Shown: positions 1-11,592 of the stretch, one piece after another
Position numbering within the stretch: the first letter of the stretch is position 1
Layout: each line of letters opens with the position of its first letter
Assembly: GCF_009914755.1 (NCBI RefSeq)
Contig: NC_060928.1
DNA length: 64,000 nucleotides
Strand: one strand, 5' to 3'
DNA from: the human T2T-CHM13v2.0 reference genome, Homo sapiens
Translations under genes and position numbers: made by a program
Notes under the pieces: model-generated
What the model saw: the letters and a program-made list of their open reading frames with translations, nothing else
What the model was told of the DNA's origin: nothing
Database searches by the model: none

Positions 1-329
1 CCACTATCCAAGAAGAGGATAGTTGCAATCTGAAGAGTCATTGGCCTTCAAGGAAAAAATCGACTAGAGAGTACATGTAGTTGGACTGCATATATACCTT
101 GGCAATATTTGTCTTCAGTTCTGTTGGAAGTTAACCTCCTGTGTTATCCTCCTACCTTCCTGGGGGCAATAGCCTACTTCAGGATGTGAGATCCGTAGGT
201 GTAAGAACCTGTCCACGTCACTCATAAGAAATAATTCTTTCAATATAGGTTTAAAGTTTATGTTTTTAAATGTGTTCTTAAGAGGATTTCAATCATAACA
301 GCTACTTGTTAATTCTTTTTATGTCTCTC

Positions 330-700
330 CCTCACACCAACTTACATCATATATTACAAACTTTGGCTTTGGTGAGTGTTTCCCTAATCATTATTTTGCA
401 CAAGTATGTACATACTTGTGTAGATACATGTTTTCATAATGTTCATTTCGATTATATTACATGTTCAGCATGTTTCCATGACCACAGAATAGATCATGAA
501 CAGATTTCTAAGGACAAATGGTTCAATATTTTCAAATGTTGCATAGAATTGGATGGTTATGGACTTTGTATAATTTTTAACCCTTCCCATATAGTTTGTT
601 GTACCCAAATTTTAGTTCTTGTAGCTGTTCAAATGAACAGGCATATACATCTATCCTTACACAGTTTTAGAAGTACTTCCATAAGATTCATAGGAGTGCA
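330..700 (-). mobile_element. Old L1 (L1ME-like) 3' fragment
   Basis: AT-rich degenerate sequence resembling the antisense L1M 3' region (ttttcaaatgttgcatagaattgg...catatacatctatcc); boundaries approximate. Confidence 0.35.
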
Positions 701-1129
701 GTACAATCCTTTTAATTCAAGGAAGTGGGATCCAGAGGGCAAGAAATCTATCTAAGGCCAGATTCAAACCATAACTGTCATCAGGGATCATAAAATTTCC
801 ATGATGCCCTGTCAGCTGCTGTTCAGCTTACATGGTTAACAAGGAAGAAAGGGCTCTTCCTTTATTAGTGTGATGGATAGACTACTTGAGTAATGGTTGA
901 AAGCCTAGGCAGTAATTGTCATGTTTTTGTCATTCTTTTTCTAAGTATGGCTCTTAAATGTCAGGGACATTTTTCTTGGCAGAATGAACACAATTTTTGT
1001 GTGCAGGGGACAGAGTTGACCTCCTGGGACTGCAGGATTTTTGTTTTGCTCCTCCAAGGTAGTCCATAGATATAATTTGAGTACTCTAGTATAGTAGCCT
1101 ATGCCATAGGGATAGAAAATAACTCTGAA

Positions 1130-1545
1130 CAAAAGAAGGAAATCAATGCCCTGTGATGGAGAATGGGGTTAAATAGATACAGCTGTAAGAGGCGAATTAT
1201 CAACTCTACTTGGAGATTCACAGTGAGTGATGCTTAAGTTGAGATTTGAAGGGTGAGTAGACGTTTATCTTGGAGGGCATTCAAATCATAGAGAACAGCA
1301 CATGCGGGGGCTCGGTGTTCTGAAAGTCACTGATATATTCAGGCAAATATCTTTTTTCCTACCCTGGGATTGGTAGAAGTTGCAATGGGAGGTAAGCAGG
1401 ATCACATCACAGAAGGCTGATCCCCTGTTATAAATTTGGTCTCTCTGACTTCAATATTCGCTTGAGTTACTGTAATGACCTGGATGAGAAATGAGGGCAT
1501 GAATGATGGAATAAGACATGATGGATTTGAGAAATTTAAAGACTG
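1130..1545 (-). mobile_element. L2 LINE fragment
   Basis: Typical antisense L2 motifs (gatgcttaagttgagatttgaagggtgagtag; agagaacagcacatgc; ggatgagaaatgagggc). Confidence 0.55.
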
Positions 1546-2574
1546 AACAGATGCCAGCTGAAACTTATCCAGGGTCCTAGTTCTGTTGAGCCTCAAACTA
1601 ATTGGGAGACAACTGGCTGCCCAGGGATAGGAAAGTTGGTAGTTATCCAATTTGATTCGAGATTTCCTGAGTTGAGATCCAAGTTCACGTCACTCAGGGG
1701 CAATAGAAGGCATTTAGCCACACTGCTAATATTTGATTCTGAACTTCTTTACAAGACAGTGTGAGAGCGGTCAAACTTAACAAACCACAAATCTAAGAAT
1801 GTAATAGGTTATGAGCACAATTCAAAGCTTTAATGCTGGTCACTCCTAATGTAAAAGGTTGGTGAAACTCCAGTTTTCATACAATTGATGTCCAGTGCCA
1901 AGGTCCATACTAGATGATACTTTCTAATTTGATTATACTAATATGGTAATTGAGATGTGCTGAGCTAATAATCTAATGATTGAAAGGCAAATAGTTGCAC
2001 ATTTATACTATTCTCACTCCTAAAATTCTCCCCCATTTGCTTTCCCTGTAACTTCTCTACACTAATGTGGCAGTTTGGACTGCCCATACCGGCAGATCCC
2101 TGGCTAATCAGTTTGAAAGAGTTTCAAATGAATGACATTCGATTTTAAAACAAAAAGCCCCCTGGCTCTTGTAAACAGAAATAAATGTAATGAGAGGTGA
2201 GAGGATATTGGGTAGCTCATGCAATTATCAGGAACAGGGAATCAAGCTCAGAAAATGTTAGGGGGATAGTTGACAACACAGCCCAAGAATCAACTGAAGG
2301 CATCAGTGCTAGGATCTCATGCAGCTGGCAATGCTGTCATCAGTCAGTCTGGCGCAAACAACACCAAGAAACAAAGACACTGGAGACTTGACACTTTCAT
2401 TAATAGATGCAGCAGCACTCAAAGTCTCATAGGTAAGCATTTGATTAACTCATTCTAGGTCATGCCCAGCTCCCAAGAGGATAAGGGAACGTTGAGACTA
2501 CATTTGGACTGCTAGGTTTGTAGCAGGAAACAGGCTTTGTCATGTGCAAGATCCATGTAGGAACCCATATAGTA

Positions 2575-2900
2575 AGGGGTTCTATTGCCACACTAATGTA
2601 AAAACACTCCAAAACTTAGTGGCTTAAAACAAACATCTACTATGCTCACAAGATCATAGGTCTGCTTAGTGATTCTTCTGGTCATAGCTGGGCTCACTCT
2701 GGTGGTTGGCTGGCTGGTAGCTAATTTAAGATGGCCTTAACTGGGACCACTGGCCCTATTCTATGTGTCTCATCTTCTAACTAGATTCTGGACACAATTC
2801 TCATGTCAATCACAGATCTCTAATATCTAGGCCCAGACCTGTCATATTGTCAGTTCTACATTCAATTTGCCAAAGTCAAGATTCAAAGGAAAGGGAAATT
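2575..2900 (-). mobile_element. MLT1-type MaLR LTR, degraded
   Basis: cactccaaaacttagtggcttaaaacaa...ctgggctcactc...aagatggcc is the characteristic antisense MLT1 LTR end. Confidence 0.6.
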
Positions 2901-3099
2901 GTGGTTCCTTCTAGTCATCAAGAAGTAGAACCTAAGATTGGATGCAATAATAGCTTCAGTTCTCCACCTCTCTTTCATCTGCACTTTTTTTACTCTTACA
3001 ATGAGGGACAAAGTCTCTTGTCCACCTTTTCACTGGGAAGCTCAGTTGATCTTTCTATTCTTTCAGCTATTAACGGCATCTATAACTAAATATGTCTGA

Positions 3100-3426
<327 letters not shown>

Positions 3427-3429
3427 TAT

Positions 3430-4960
3430 TTTCATTTCATCTAACTTAGAGATTATCTCACTTATAGACATGTCAGTAGCATAAATTTCTGGAAGTATAA
3501 TTACTGGGTTGAAGGATATGTGCATTTTAAAACTCGATAGATATTGACAGCCTATCATGAGAAACAGTACACATATACCACCCCACCCAGAAATCTGTGA
3601 TTACTTGCTTTTTCACCCCCTTGCCAAAATGACAATGATAAAACCATTTTATAAACACACTTTTTCAAAGGTATCTCAGTGAATTGTTAAAACTCATTTT
3701 GAAATTTTAAAATTACAGGAAAGTTACAAGAACAGTAAGGAGCTACTATCTCTCTTTTGCACAGACTCTCCAATTATTGACTTCAGGTATTTGCTCCATC
3801 ACTCTTTATAAATATCCATTGTCATTTTCTGAACCACTTGAAATCAAGTTGCTAACATGATACTCCTTCACCCCTAAATACTTCAGTGTGTGTTTCTGGA
3901 AAACAGGGACTTCTCTTATAAAACTGCAGTGTAATCGTCAAAATCAGGATAAGCATCCCTGAAGGAACCCTGCCATTCAGAAGTGATGCTGTTCTCTTAT
4001 TAGTGGATCACATCAGGACCTGCCCCACCACTGATGTTAACCTTGATCACCTGCCAAACTTACAGATAGAGAAACCTGCCATTTTCCCCTTTGTAATTGA
4101 GAAATATTTTGTGGGAAGTACTCTGATAAATGGGATATTGGCCTAGTCTCAAACTTCCACTCACCAGCCTTAGCATCCATTGACTCCCACTTGAATCATC
4201 ACTACAGTCGTTGCCAAATGGTGTGTTTATTTCCGTTATTCTACATTTGTTGGCATTCAATTGTGAGGAAAGTAATTTCCTTCTCATGTTTATTACTATA
4301 TAATCATACAATTTAATTCAGTGGGTTATAATCCATTACTCTCCTCTATTTTGATGCTAAAATTGTCTCAGATTTGGCCAGTAGAAGCCCCTTAAAGCTA
4401 GATCCTATGTCCTCTGAGCATTTTGTTTCTGGCATGAGATGTCCCAGACTCATCTTGTGCTTTCCCTGACCTAGCCCAGGAGTCAGCCATTTCTCCAAGG
4501 AGCCCTGGTTTCTCCTAGTCAAAGGTCAGCAAACCTTTTCTGGAAAGGGCCTGATAGTAAATATATTAGGCACTGTGGCCCTTGGGCTCAGCATTGACTG
4601 CTTAATTCTGCTATTACAGTGCAAAAGCCACAGGTAATATATAAATGGGCATGGCTGTGTTTCAGCAAAAGTGTTCATAAAATCAGGAAGTGGGCTGGAT
4701 TTGGCCCACAAGCTGTAGATTCCCAAGCCCTCTTTTTAGTGACAAAGCTGTTAAGAAACCAAGATCTGGGCATTTAGTATACTCATTGCTATTGGGATGT
4801 CTTATTTCCGGATTCTTGCAAGAAACAGAACTAGAGATATAAGTACACACCTGTATTTATGGTATATAACTTCCACACTGTTGCCTGCAATTTCAGTCCC
4901 ACATCTCAGGGTTCCTGCTAGCCTTCTTTCTTTCCGTATTTGTAAATTCCTTCTCTGGCT
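3430..4960 (-). mobile_element. Old L1 (L1MC/L1ME-like) 3' fragments, interrupted by MER58A
   Basis: ccttcacccctaaatacttcagtgtg, cagccatttctccaaggagccctggtttc and gaaaccaagatctggg are L1MC-type 3'UTR motifs continuing on both sides of the MER58A. Confidence 0.6.
4520..4732 (-). mobile_element. MER58A (hAT-Charlie MITE)
   Basis: caaaggtcagcaaaccttttctggaaagggcc...ggatttggcccacaagctgtag; degenerate 8-bp TSD ctcctagt/tttttagt. Confidence 0.8.
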
Positions 4961-5142
4961 CTCATTATTCCTCAGACTCTGGCTGCAGCAAATCTGACCG
5001 TGCTGGACAGCTTCTTGGCTCCATGCTGTGTCTCAAGCCCCGCTGCTGCCACCACCTCATCCCCACCACCTCCAGGGAAAGGAAGGAAAAGAGCTCAGCA
5101 TAGTTTTAACTTGAATATATCTTATAAGTGAGGGCGACCATC

Positions 5143-5258
5143 TTTTTTTTTTTTTTTTCATTAAAAACAACAACTTAAGGATGGAATCTTGCTCTATCAC
5201 CAAGGCTGGAATGCAGTGGCACAGTCATAGCACACTGCAGCCTTGAACTTCTGAGCTC
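5143..5258 (-). mobile_element. Alu fragment (AluJ/FLAM-like)
   Basis: Poly-T then gatggaatcttgctctatcaccaaggctggaatgcagtggcacagtcatagc...gaacttctgagctc. Confidence 0.85.
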
Positions 5259-5283
5259 TTCTCATATATTTAAGAGTTTTTCC

Positions 5284-5711
5284 TTTTTTTTTTTTTTCTT
5301 AGAGACAGATTCTTGCTCTGTCACCCAGGCTGGAGTACAGTGGTGCAATCTTGGTTCGCCACAACCTCCATCTCCCAGAGATGCCACTTTTCATTTTCAC
5401 CTCATTCCAAAATATTGCTATAGTACAAATGTTAAAATTCATGAATACTAATAACCATATCAGAGCTTAAAGGATGGCCCTAAGAATAAACATTCTTTAC
5501 TTGATTTCATGAGTGATTCTCCTGCCTCAGCCTCCCGAGTAGCTGGGACTACCAGTGTGCACCACCACACACAGCTAATTTTTGTATTTTTAGTAGAGAC
5601 GGGGGGTTTCACTATGTTGGCCAGGCTGGTCTCGAACTCCTGACCTCGTGATCTGCTCACCTTGGCCTCCCAAAGTGCTGGGATTACAGGAATGAGCCAC
5701 TGCACCTGGCC
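5284..5711 (-). mobile_element. AluS (Sg-like) interrupted by a 131-bp non-Alu insert (5379-5509)
   Basis: Alu reads ...ctccatctcccag | insert | tgagtgattctcctgcctcagcc... and continues to gccactgcacctggcc. Confidence 0.93.
5379..5509 (+). repeat. Direct duplicate of 6802-6936
   Basis: Near-identical agatgccacttttcattttcacc...aagaataaacattctttacttgatttca at both sites; the ORF track shows the same peptide KSSKECLFLGPSFKL twice. Confidence 0.95.
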
Positions 5712-5754
5712 TCCTTTTCTGAATTATATGTTCATTTACTCTTTGCCTAGAATC

Positions 5755-6087
5755 TTTTTCGTCTTCCACTTCTGTTACCCCGAGATAGCAAGACAAACTT
5801 CCCCCTCTTCTTCCTTGTCATCCTACTCAAGGTGAAGACAAGGATGAAGACCTTTATTATGATCTACTTCCACTTAATGAGTAGTAAGTATATTCTCCCT
5901 TCGTAAGACTACAGTTATAATACACAGAAAATACACAATATGTTAACTGGCTGTTTATGTTATCGGGTAAGACTTCTGGTTAATAGTAAGCTATTAAGTT
6001 ATGGGGGAGTCAAAAGTTAAACATAGATTTTTGAATACATGGGGGTGGGGGGTCAGCAACCCTAACATTTCTCAAGGGTTAACTGTT
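5755..6087 (+). mobile_element. Tigger2-family (TcMar-Tigger) non-autonomous DNA transposon
   Basis: gatgaagacctttattatgatctacttccacttaatga...gagtcaaaagtt...caagggttaactg terminal sequence. Confidence 0.75.
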
Positions 6088-6752
6088 ACATGTATATATA
6101 TATAAAATAAAAAAACTCATAGGAAACAAAAGGCTGTGGAAAACGCAAAGAAAAATATAAATTATAGGATAACATATTGAGTCATTAACTGCACTGAAAA
6201 TGGCACTCAAATTTGTAATGATCAAATTCCAAACTCCTAGCTTTCTTGAAATTTTTCACTTTGCAATGAGCTTTCCTCTGTCAACAAAATTCAAATGTGG
6301 TAGAGGGTAACAGGTCCTGAGAGGTTAAGTAATTATACCACTCCTTATACGGGGAAATTAGCCCTTCAGAAGTCTATTTTGATGTAATCAAATTTGTAAG
6401 CTGAATCTCCTCCTTTTGCCAGCAAGCTAGATGTGTTAGGTGTGCTGCATATTCTCAATACCCATGAAAACCAATTTTACTGGTGTTGATTATGACAAAT
6501 GGCCTGGCCTGTAGCCAGGAGTTGCATGACCACTTCACAAGTCAGCAGGCAACATCTGAGTTGCAGCTTTCTGATAATAAAGCAGCTTCCTTGGCTACTC
6601 AGTTCTGTGGTGTGGCTCTGGGAGCCATGCCTGGACACATGCTGGAGGCTTTTTCTTCCCTCAGTTCTGTAAACCATTTGACAGGCTTTTAAGTTTCTTC
6701 CTATTTTTATGAGCTGGAGTAGACTCTGTGCTGGAACTCTGAATGGATACAG

Positions 6753-6795
6753 TATTGTTATTGTTATTGTTATTGTTATTGTTATTGTTATTGTT
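6753..6795 (+). repeat. (TATTGT)7 hexanucleotide microsatellite
   Basis: Seven perfect copies directly visible. Confidence 0.97.
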
Positions 6796-6801
6796 GGACT
6801 A

Positions 6802-6936
6802 AGATGCCACTTTTCATTTTCACCTTACATACTCCAAAATATTGCTATAGTACAAATGTTAAAATTTATGAGTACTAATAACCATATTGGAGCTTAAAGG
6901 ATGGCCCTAAGAATAAACATTCTTTACTTGATTTCA
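6802..6936 (+). repeat. Probable donor copy of the 5379-5509 insert
   Basis: Same 135-bp sequence embedded in non-Alu flanks. Confidence 0.9.
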
Positions 6937-7654
6937 AGACAAATTGGGACATAGAGGTAGTAGTTGGTGAGAGGGAGATCAAAAGACCCCCCTTTGGTAG
7001 TTGATAAATAGGTTGGAAGAAATGTAATTTAGATTGTTCGTCAAAAAGACTTGTGACTAATGCACCCCAAATTAAACTCGGCACACACAGACCTGGACAT
7101 TGTCAGGCCTCCCTAACAAGGTCCAGCTCCTGAAAAGTTATGCATGGAGTAGAACAACAGATGAGCACACGTGCTCCTCTGCAGAGAGGGGGAGGAGCTG
7201 AAGCATCTTCCACCTCCTTCCCTAAAGCTTGCCAATGAGGCCAGACTGTAAGCTGCCTGCCTCCAGTTCTCAGGTTGAAGCTTCCACTTGCAGTAAGTGT
7301 TCCCTCCACTTTCCAAAGCGTGTGTCTCAAAACTTCAGTCACCTCATCCTACTAAGATTATTTTCAAGGGCTCTCATCCTTTTTTTTCCTCTGATTTATC
7401 TTTCTGAAAATGAAAATGATGGCTTATATAAAATATCTTTTATGAAAATTAACTTGGTCTTGATCAATGGATATGTGCAGTGGAGTATACATCCAGAATC
7501 AGGCATGAGTGGGACTCATGCAGGCCACACTCAGCAACACAGGTAGTGCTGACTCCAGGTCACTTGTCACTATGTCCTTCCCCCATGTTACACCTAAGGC
7601 AGAATCAGGGTCCCTTATGACCAGATGATGGAAAGGATGTCAACCTTAGAGTTC

Positions 7655-8140
7655 CAGCTAGCCTAAACTGCTCTGGAGGATGGCATGGAAGAGACACCAT
7701 TCTACCAAAGCAATGAGTAATGTGCAGCCAAGAGGGGCATCAGCATCACTGAGCAGTTCAGTGAGGGCTGCCCTCTGTAGCCAGAGCTGCCGTTACAGGA
7801 CTGGGACCCCAGTAGCAAATGGGATGGATGACTGGATTCTGAACAGTGGAGGCCTGGTGATCATGCATGACCACCAGAAGCCAAGTGCATAGAATCACTA
7901 GAGTCAGCATCAAGGTCTGAGTGGCAGCCATGGCATTGCAACCTGGCTTGAAGAGACCTGAACCATGAGAACATCCTGTGGAATAGACCGTGGGTCCATT
8001 AAATAGGTGACATCATAGTGATTTGACCAGATGAACAAGAAGTGGCTAAAATGTTGAAGTCCTTGACAAGGCACATGCATACAGGTGAGGGTAAGAGAAA
8101 ATGAGGATTCACAGGCCCAAAGCATCAGTACAATTTTTCG
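7655..8140 (+). mobile_element. ERVL-type internal remnant: gag C-terminal part joined to RT core
   Basis: Homologous to 36110-36400 and 47220-47480; gtccattaaataggtgacatcata translates VH*IGDII, the decayed ERVL RT VHYIDDIM motif. Confidence 0.65.
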
Positions 8141-8149
8141 ACTAATTCA

Positions 8150-9200
8150 CTGGTATCAGGTATTCCAGCAAGCCCACTTTCCTTAGCTTCTCTATTTTCT
8201 CTCTGCTCTGGCTGGGCAACTCAAGCTTTTCCACTTCCCTGGATTTTTGGACGTCACCTTTTTCAGGCTCCCAATTTCCATCTCAGCAGTGGGTTTATTC
8301 CATCCCTAGGGTCCATGCCAGTGTATTAAACCCAGTGTCTTGAGAGCATCGCCAAGCCAGCGAATTCTTAGTTTTGCAGGCTTATCTTTTGGCCTCTCTT
8401 GACTGGGCACCCTCAGTCCAAACCCAGGTACTCCCCTGACTCCTGATGGCACATGCTAGCTCATTCTTGTAACAGATGTGTGGTTCCCCTCCCTTATCAG
8501 GCCCAGCACATCCCCAGCTGGGTTATGCTAAGATTTAACTCTAGTTATTGTCTAGAAGCCAAGGAAGGCGGGGTTGTACCTATCAGGGAGTGGGGAAGTT
8601 ATTGTCTAGTGAAGGAGAAATCTCTGCAGCATCTTCAAGCGCAAAGTGCTAGCTCTTCCTAGGGAAGGTGGGCCACCTCTGCAAATCCAAAGGATCTTTC
8701 AGACTCAACATCTTTAGAGGCATCTATCCAGATGTCTGGATCTAAGTTACAAGGTCTCAGGTCTCCCTAGTAGGGCCTTGAACTTCACATAACAAAATAA
8801 CTTGGCTGAGCATTTCAATGTTTCTGGAGCTCTGTGGCCAACAGCTTAGGTTTATAAACTGTTTGCCCTTCCACTGCAGGAGGGATGAGCCTCCTTGCAA
8901 GCTACCACACAAGCCCTGTGACTCACATTTACCCATTAACTGCTTGATATCTCTCAGCCTGTCATTATCCTGCTGCAGGGCATCAGTATAACTTCCCGTT
9001 AAGTAATCAACTCTACTGTCTTCACAGGCTTTGTCCCCCTTGTATTTTTCAAAAGGCTGCATCATTGCACTTGCAGGATTCTGCTTCACAAGGACATTTT
9101 TCAGGCTTCCTTTAGTGAAATCTTCATTCATTAAGCCAACATTTTGTCACAGATTCTATTTGTGCCCCTCTACCAAGGATGGGGTCACCTTTGCCCACTG
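8150..9200 (-). mobile_element. ERVL-type internal remnant, gag N-terminal part
   Basis: Minus-strand ORF 8757-9131 contains DALQQDNDRLRDIKQLMGKCESQ, matching the gag-like segments at ~34350 and ~46185; the reverse complement of 8150-8450 matches 35770-36050. Confidence 0.65.
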
Positions 9201-10362
9201 GGCAGGGTGTGAGCCAGTCCCAAATCCCTATATTATAACACTTTTGTCAGACCACTTCTGGTATCACATGATAAACAGGCCAAGACAGACAGCATTAAAC
9301 ATGCAGGAAACTTATTAACTCCCCTGCTTTTCCTGCTAGAGAGTCCAATGTGAAGAACAGCAAGGGTTATTTCTCCCAGATAGTGGAAACAAGATGGCCA
9401 GCTCCACTATTGAGTTGGCTTCTGGGAAATTCCAATTCTATGCCCATTTATTTTGAGGGCAAATTAACCTGGTTGTGGAATTCATTAGACAGTATAGGTT
9501 GCTTTTAATTACCACTTGACACCTTTAACTCTAGTGACCTATTTGGGACTTAATCAAGTGATAACAAAATGTTGATCAAAATCACATTCCAAGTTATTGT
9601 TTTATATCACACAATTTGAGACATCAGAGTGATCCCAGATGAATTTCAGTTGGGCAGCATTCTTATTTTGGATGAACTGTGAATCAAATATACTTTGTAA
9701 TTGTTTATTTGATCATCAAGTCCTGAGGGTAAGTTAAAGAACATTGTAATTTTCTGGGAAATGTATGGCAAAGCATGAAATAAGGAAGATTGCTGTAAAG
9801 GGCAAAGGATATCTAAAATAATGGTGCTACCACAGCTGGCTAGTTTGTAAATAATACTTGTATGATTTTATAGGCCAGTCATCTCCTGGCTGGTTGCCAA
9901 AAGCTATATCAGTTATGGCTGCTAAGGAAATATCTCATTGCAAGATATTAAAGTTAGATCTTACTGCAGAATATCTGTAAATTTTATCATAAAGTCACAG
10001 GATCTTAATAAAATGCAATCAAATTATATAGATATGAGACATGAGATATATTTGAAAGAATACATTTTGTGGGGGGAAAGTGCCATTAAGACTATGAAGG
10101 AAATTGATACTACTTATGTTAGAATTTATTTACTATGTCAGTATATTACAAGTTATGATCAAAATCAAAGCTATGGGTCACAGTTGGTACAATTATCACT
10201 TCTAAATCACATAGCACTTTCATACTGTGATATACTTACCACAGGTAGTATTAGCTTGGATTTACATACAAGTATATTTACAGACTAAAGATTCTTTTGT
10301 TGAAACCCTGACCTGTTTCTTGGAGACATTTTTTTTTTTACATTTCAGCCACTTCATTTATT

Positions 10363-10944
10363 TAAATTTTTTAAAAAATTTTAATTATATTTCTGGGATA
10401 CATGTGCAGAATATACAGGTTTGTTACATAGGTATACACATGCCATGGTGGTTTGCTGCACCCATCAACCCGTCATCTACATCAGGTATTTCTCCTAATG
10501 CTATCCCTCCCCTAGCTCCCGACTCCTGGACAGGCCCCAGTGTGTGGTATTTCCCTCCCTGTGTCCATGTGTTCTCATTGTTCAACTCCCACTTATGAGA
10601 ACATGTGGTGTGGTGTTTGGTTTTCTGTACTTGTGTTAGTTTGCTGAGAATGATGGTTTCCAGCTTTATCCATGTCCCTGCAAAGGACATGAATTCATCC
10701 TTTTTTATGGCTGAATAGTATTCCACGGTATATATGTGCCACAGTTTCTTTATCCAGCCTATCATTGACGGGCATTTGGGTTGGTTCCAAGTCTTTGTTA
10801 TTGTGAACAGTGCCACAGTAAATATACATGTGCATGTGTCTTTATAGTAGAATGACTTATAATCCTTTGGATATATACCCAGTAATGGAATTGCTGGGTC
10901 AAATGGTATTTCTGGTTCTAGATCCTCGAGGATTCACCACACTG
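10363..10944 (-). mobile_element. 5'-truncated L1PA (PA7/8-like) 3' end
   Basis: Antisense L1 3'UTR and ORF2 C-terminus (ORF 10424-10816 TWNQPKCPSMIGWIKKLWHIYT...). Confidence 0.93.
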
Positions 10945-11189
10945 AGGAGACCCCTTCTAGGATAATGACCTGAACATATGAAATGTGAAATGACCCAGGT
11001 TTTGGGAAACATACCAACATATCCCATAGGTCCCCCAGTAAGTCTAAGGATTGGGGTAAGACATGAGATACATTTTTGGGCAAGGAGAGTGAGCAGTAGT
11101 TTTGATGGTTAGGGTGAACTCCATGTGGTAACAAGAGTGAGAACACACAATCTCCCTTTATTGACAACAACGACATTGTGGAGCCACCT

Positions 11190-11592
11190 TGTCTTAGTCT
11201 GTTCATGTTGCTATAACAAAATACCACAGAATGGATAATTTACAAACAATAGAAATGTATTTCACACAGTTCTGGAGGCTGGGATGTTCAAGATCAGTGT
11301 GCTGGGAGATTCAGTGTCTGAGGGCTACTCTTTGCTTCCAAGATAGTGCCATGTTGCTGCAACCTCCAGAGAAGATGAACAACTGTCCCCACATGGCAAA
11401 AAGGATGGAAGAGCAAAAGGGACCATGGCACTGCTTTCAACCTCTATTATAAGAGCACTATTTCTTTCATGAGGATGAAGCACTCGTGATTTAACCACTT
11501 CCCCAGAGGTCCCACCCCTTAATACTATCACATTGGATATTAGGTTCCAACATAAAAATTTTGGAAAGACTCAATACACTTAAATAATAGCA
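11190..11592 (-). mobile_element. MST-type MaLR solo LTR (MSTC/MSTD-like)
   Basis: tgtcttagtctgttcatgttgctataacaaaatacc...cacagttctggaggctggg...aatagca; TG..CA ends. Confidence 0.85.

Noticed and set aside
306-755. 149-aa ORF
   Set aside because: Starts at TTG, has low-complexity hydrophobic composition, overlaps a probable old L1 fragment and shows no recognisable domain
6709-6897. ORF with an IVIVIVIV transmembrane-like run
   Set aside because: Translation of the (TATTGT)7 microsatellite
9380-10320. AT-rich stretch as a continuation of the Gypsy integrase
   Set aside because: I could not read integrase core (DDE) motifs on the minus strand; left unassigned
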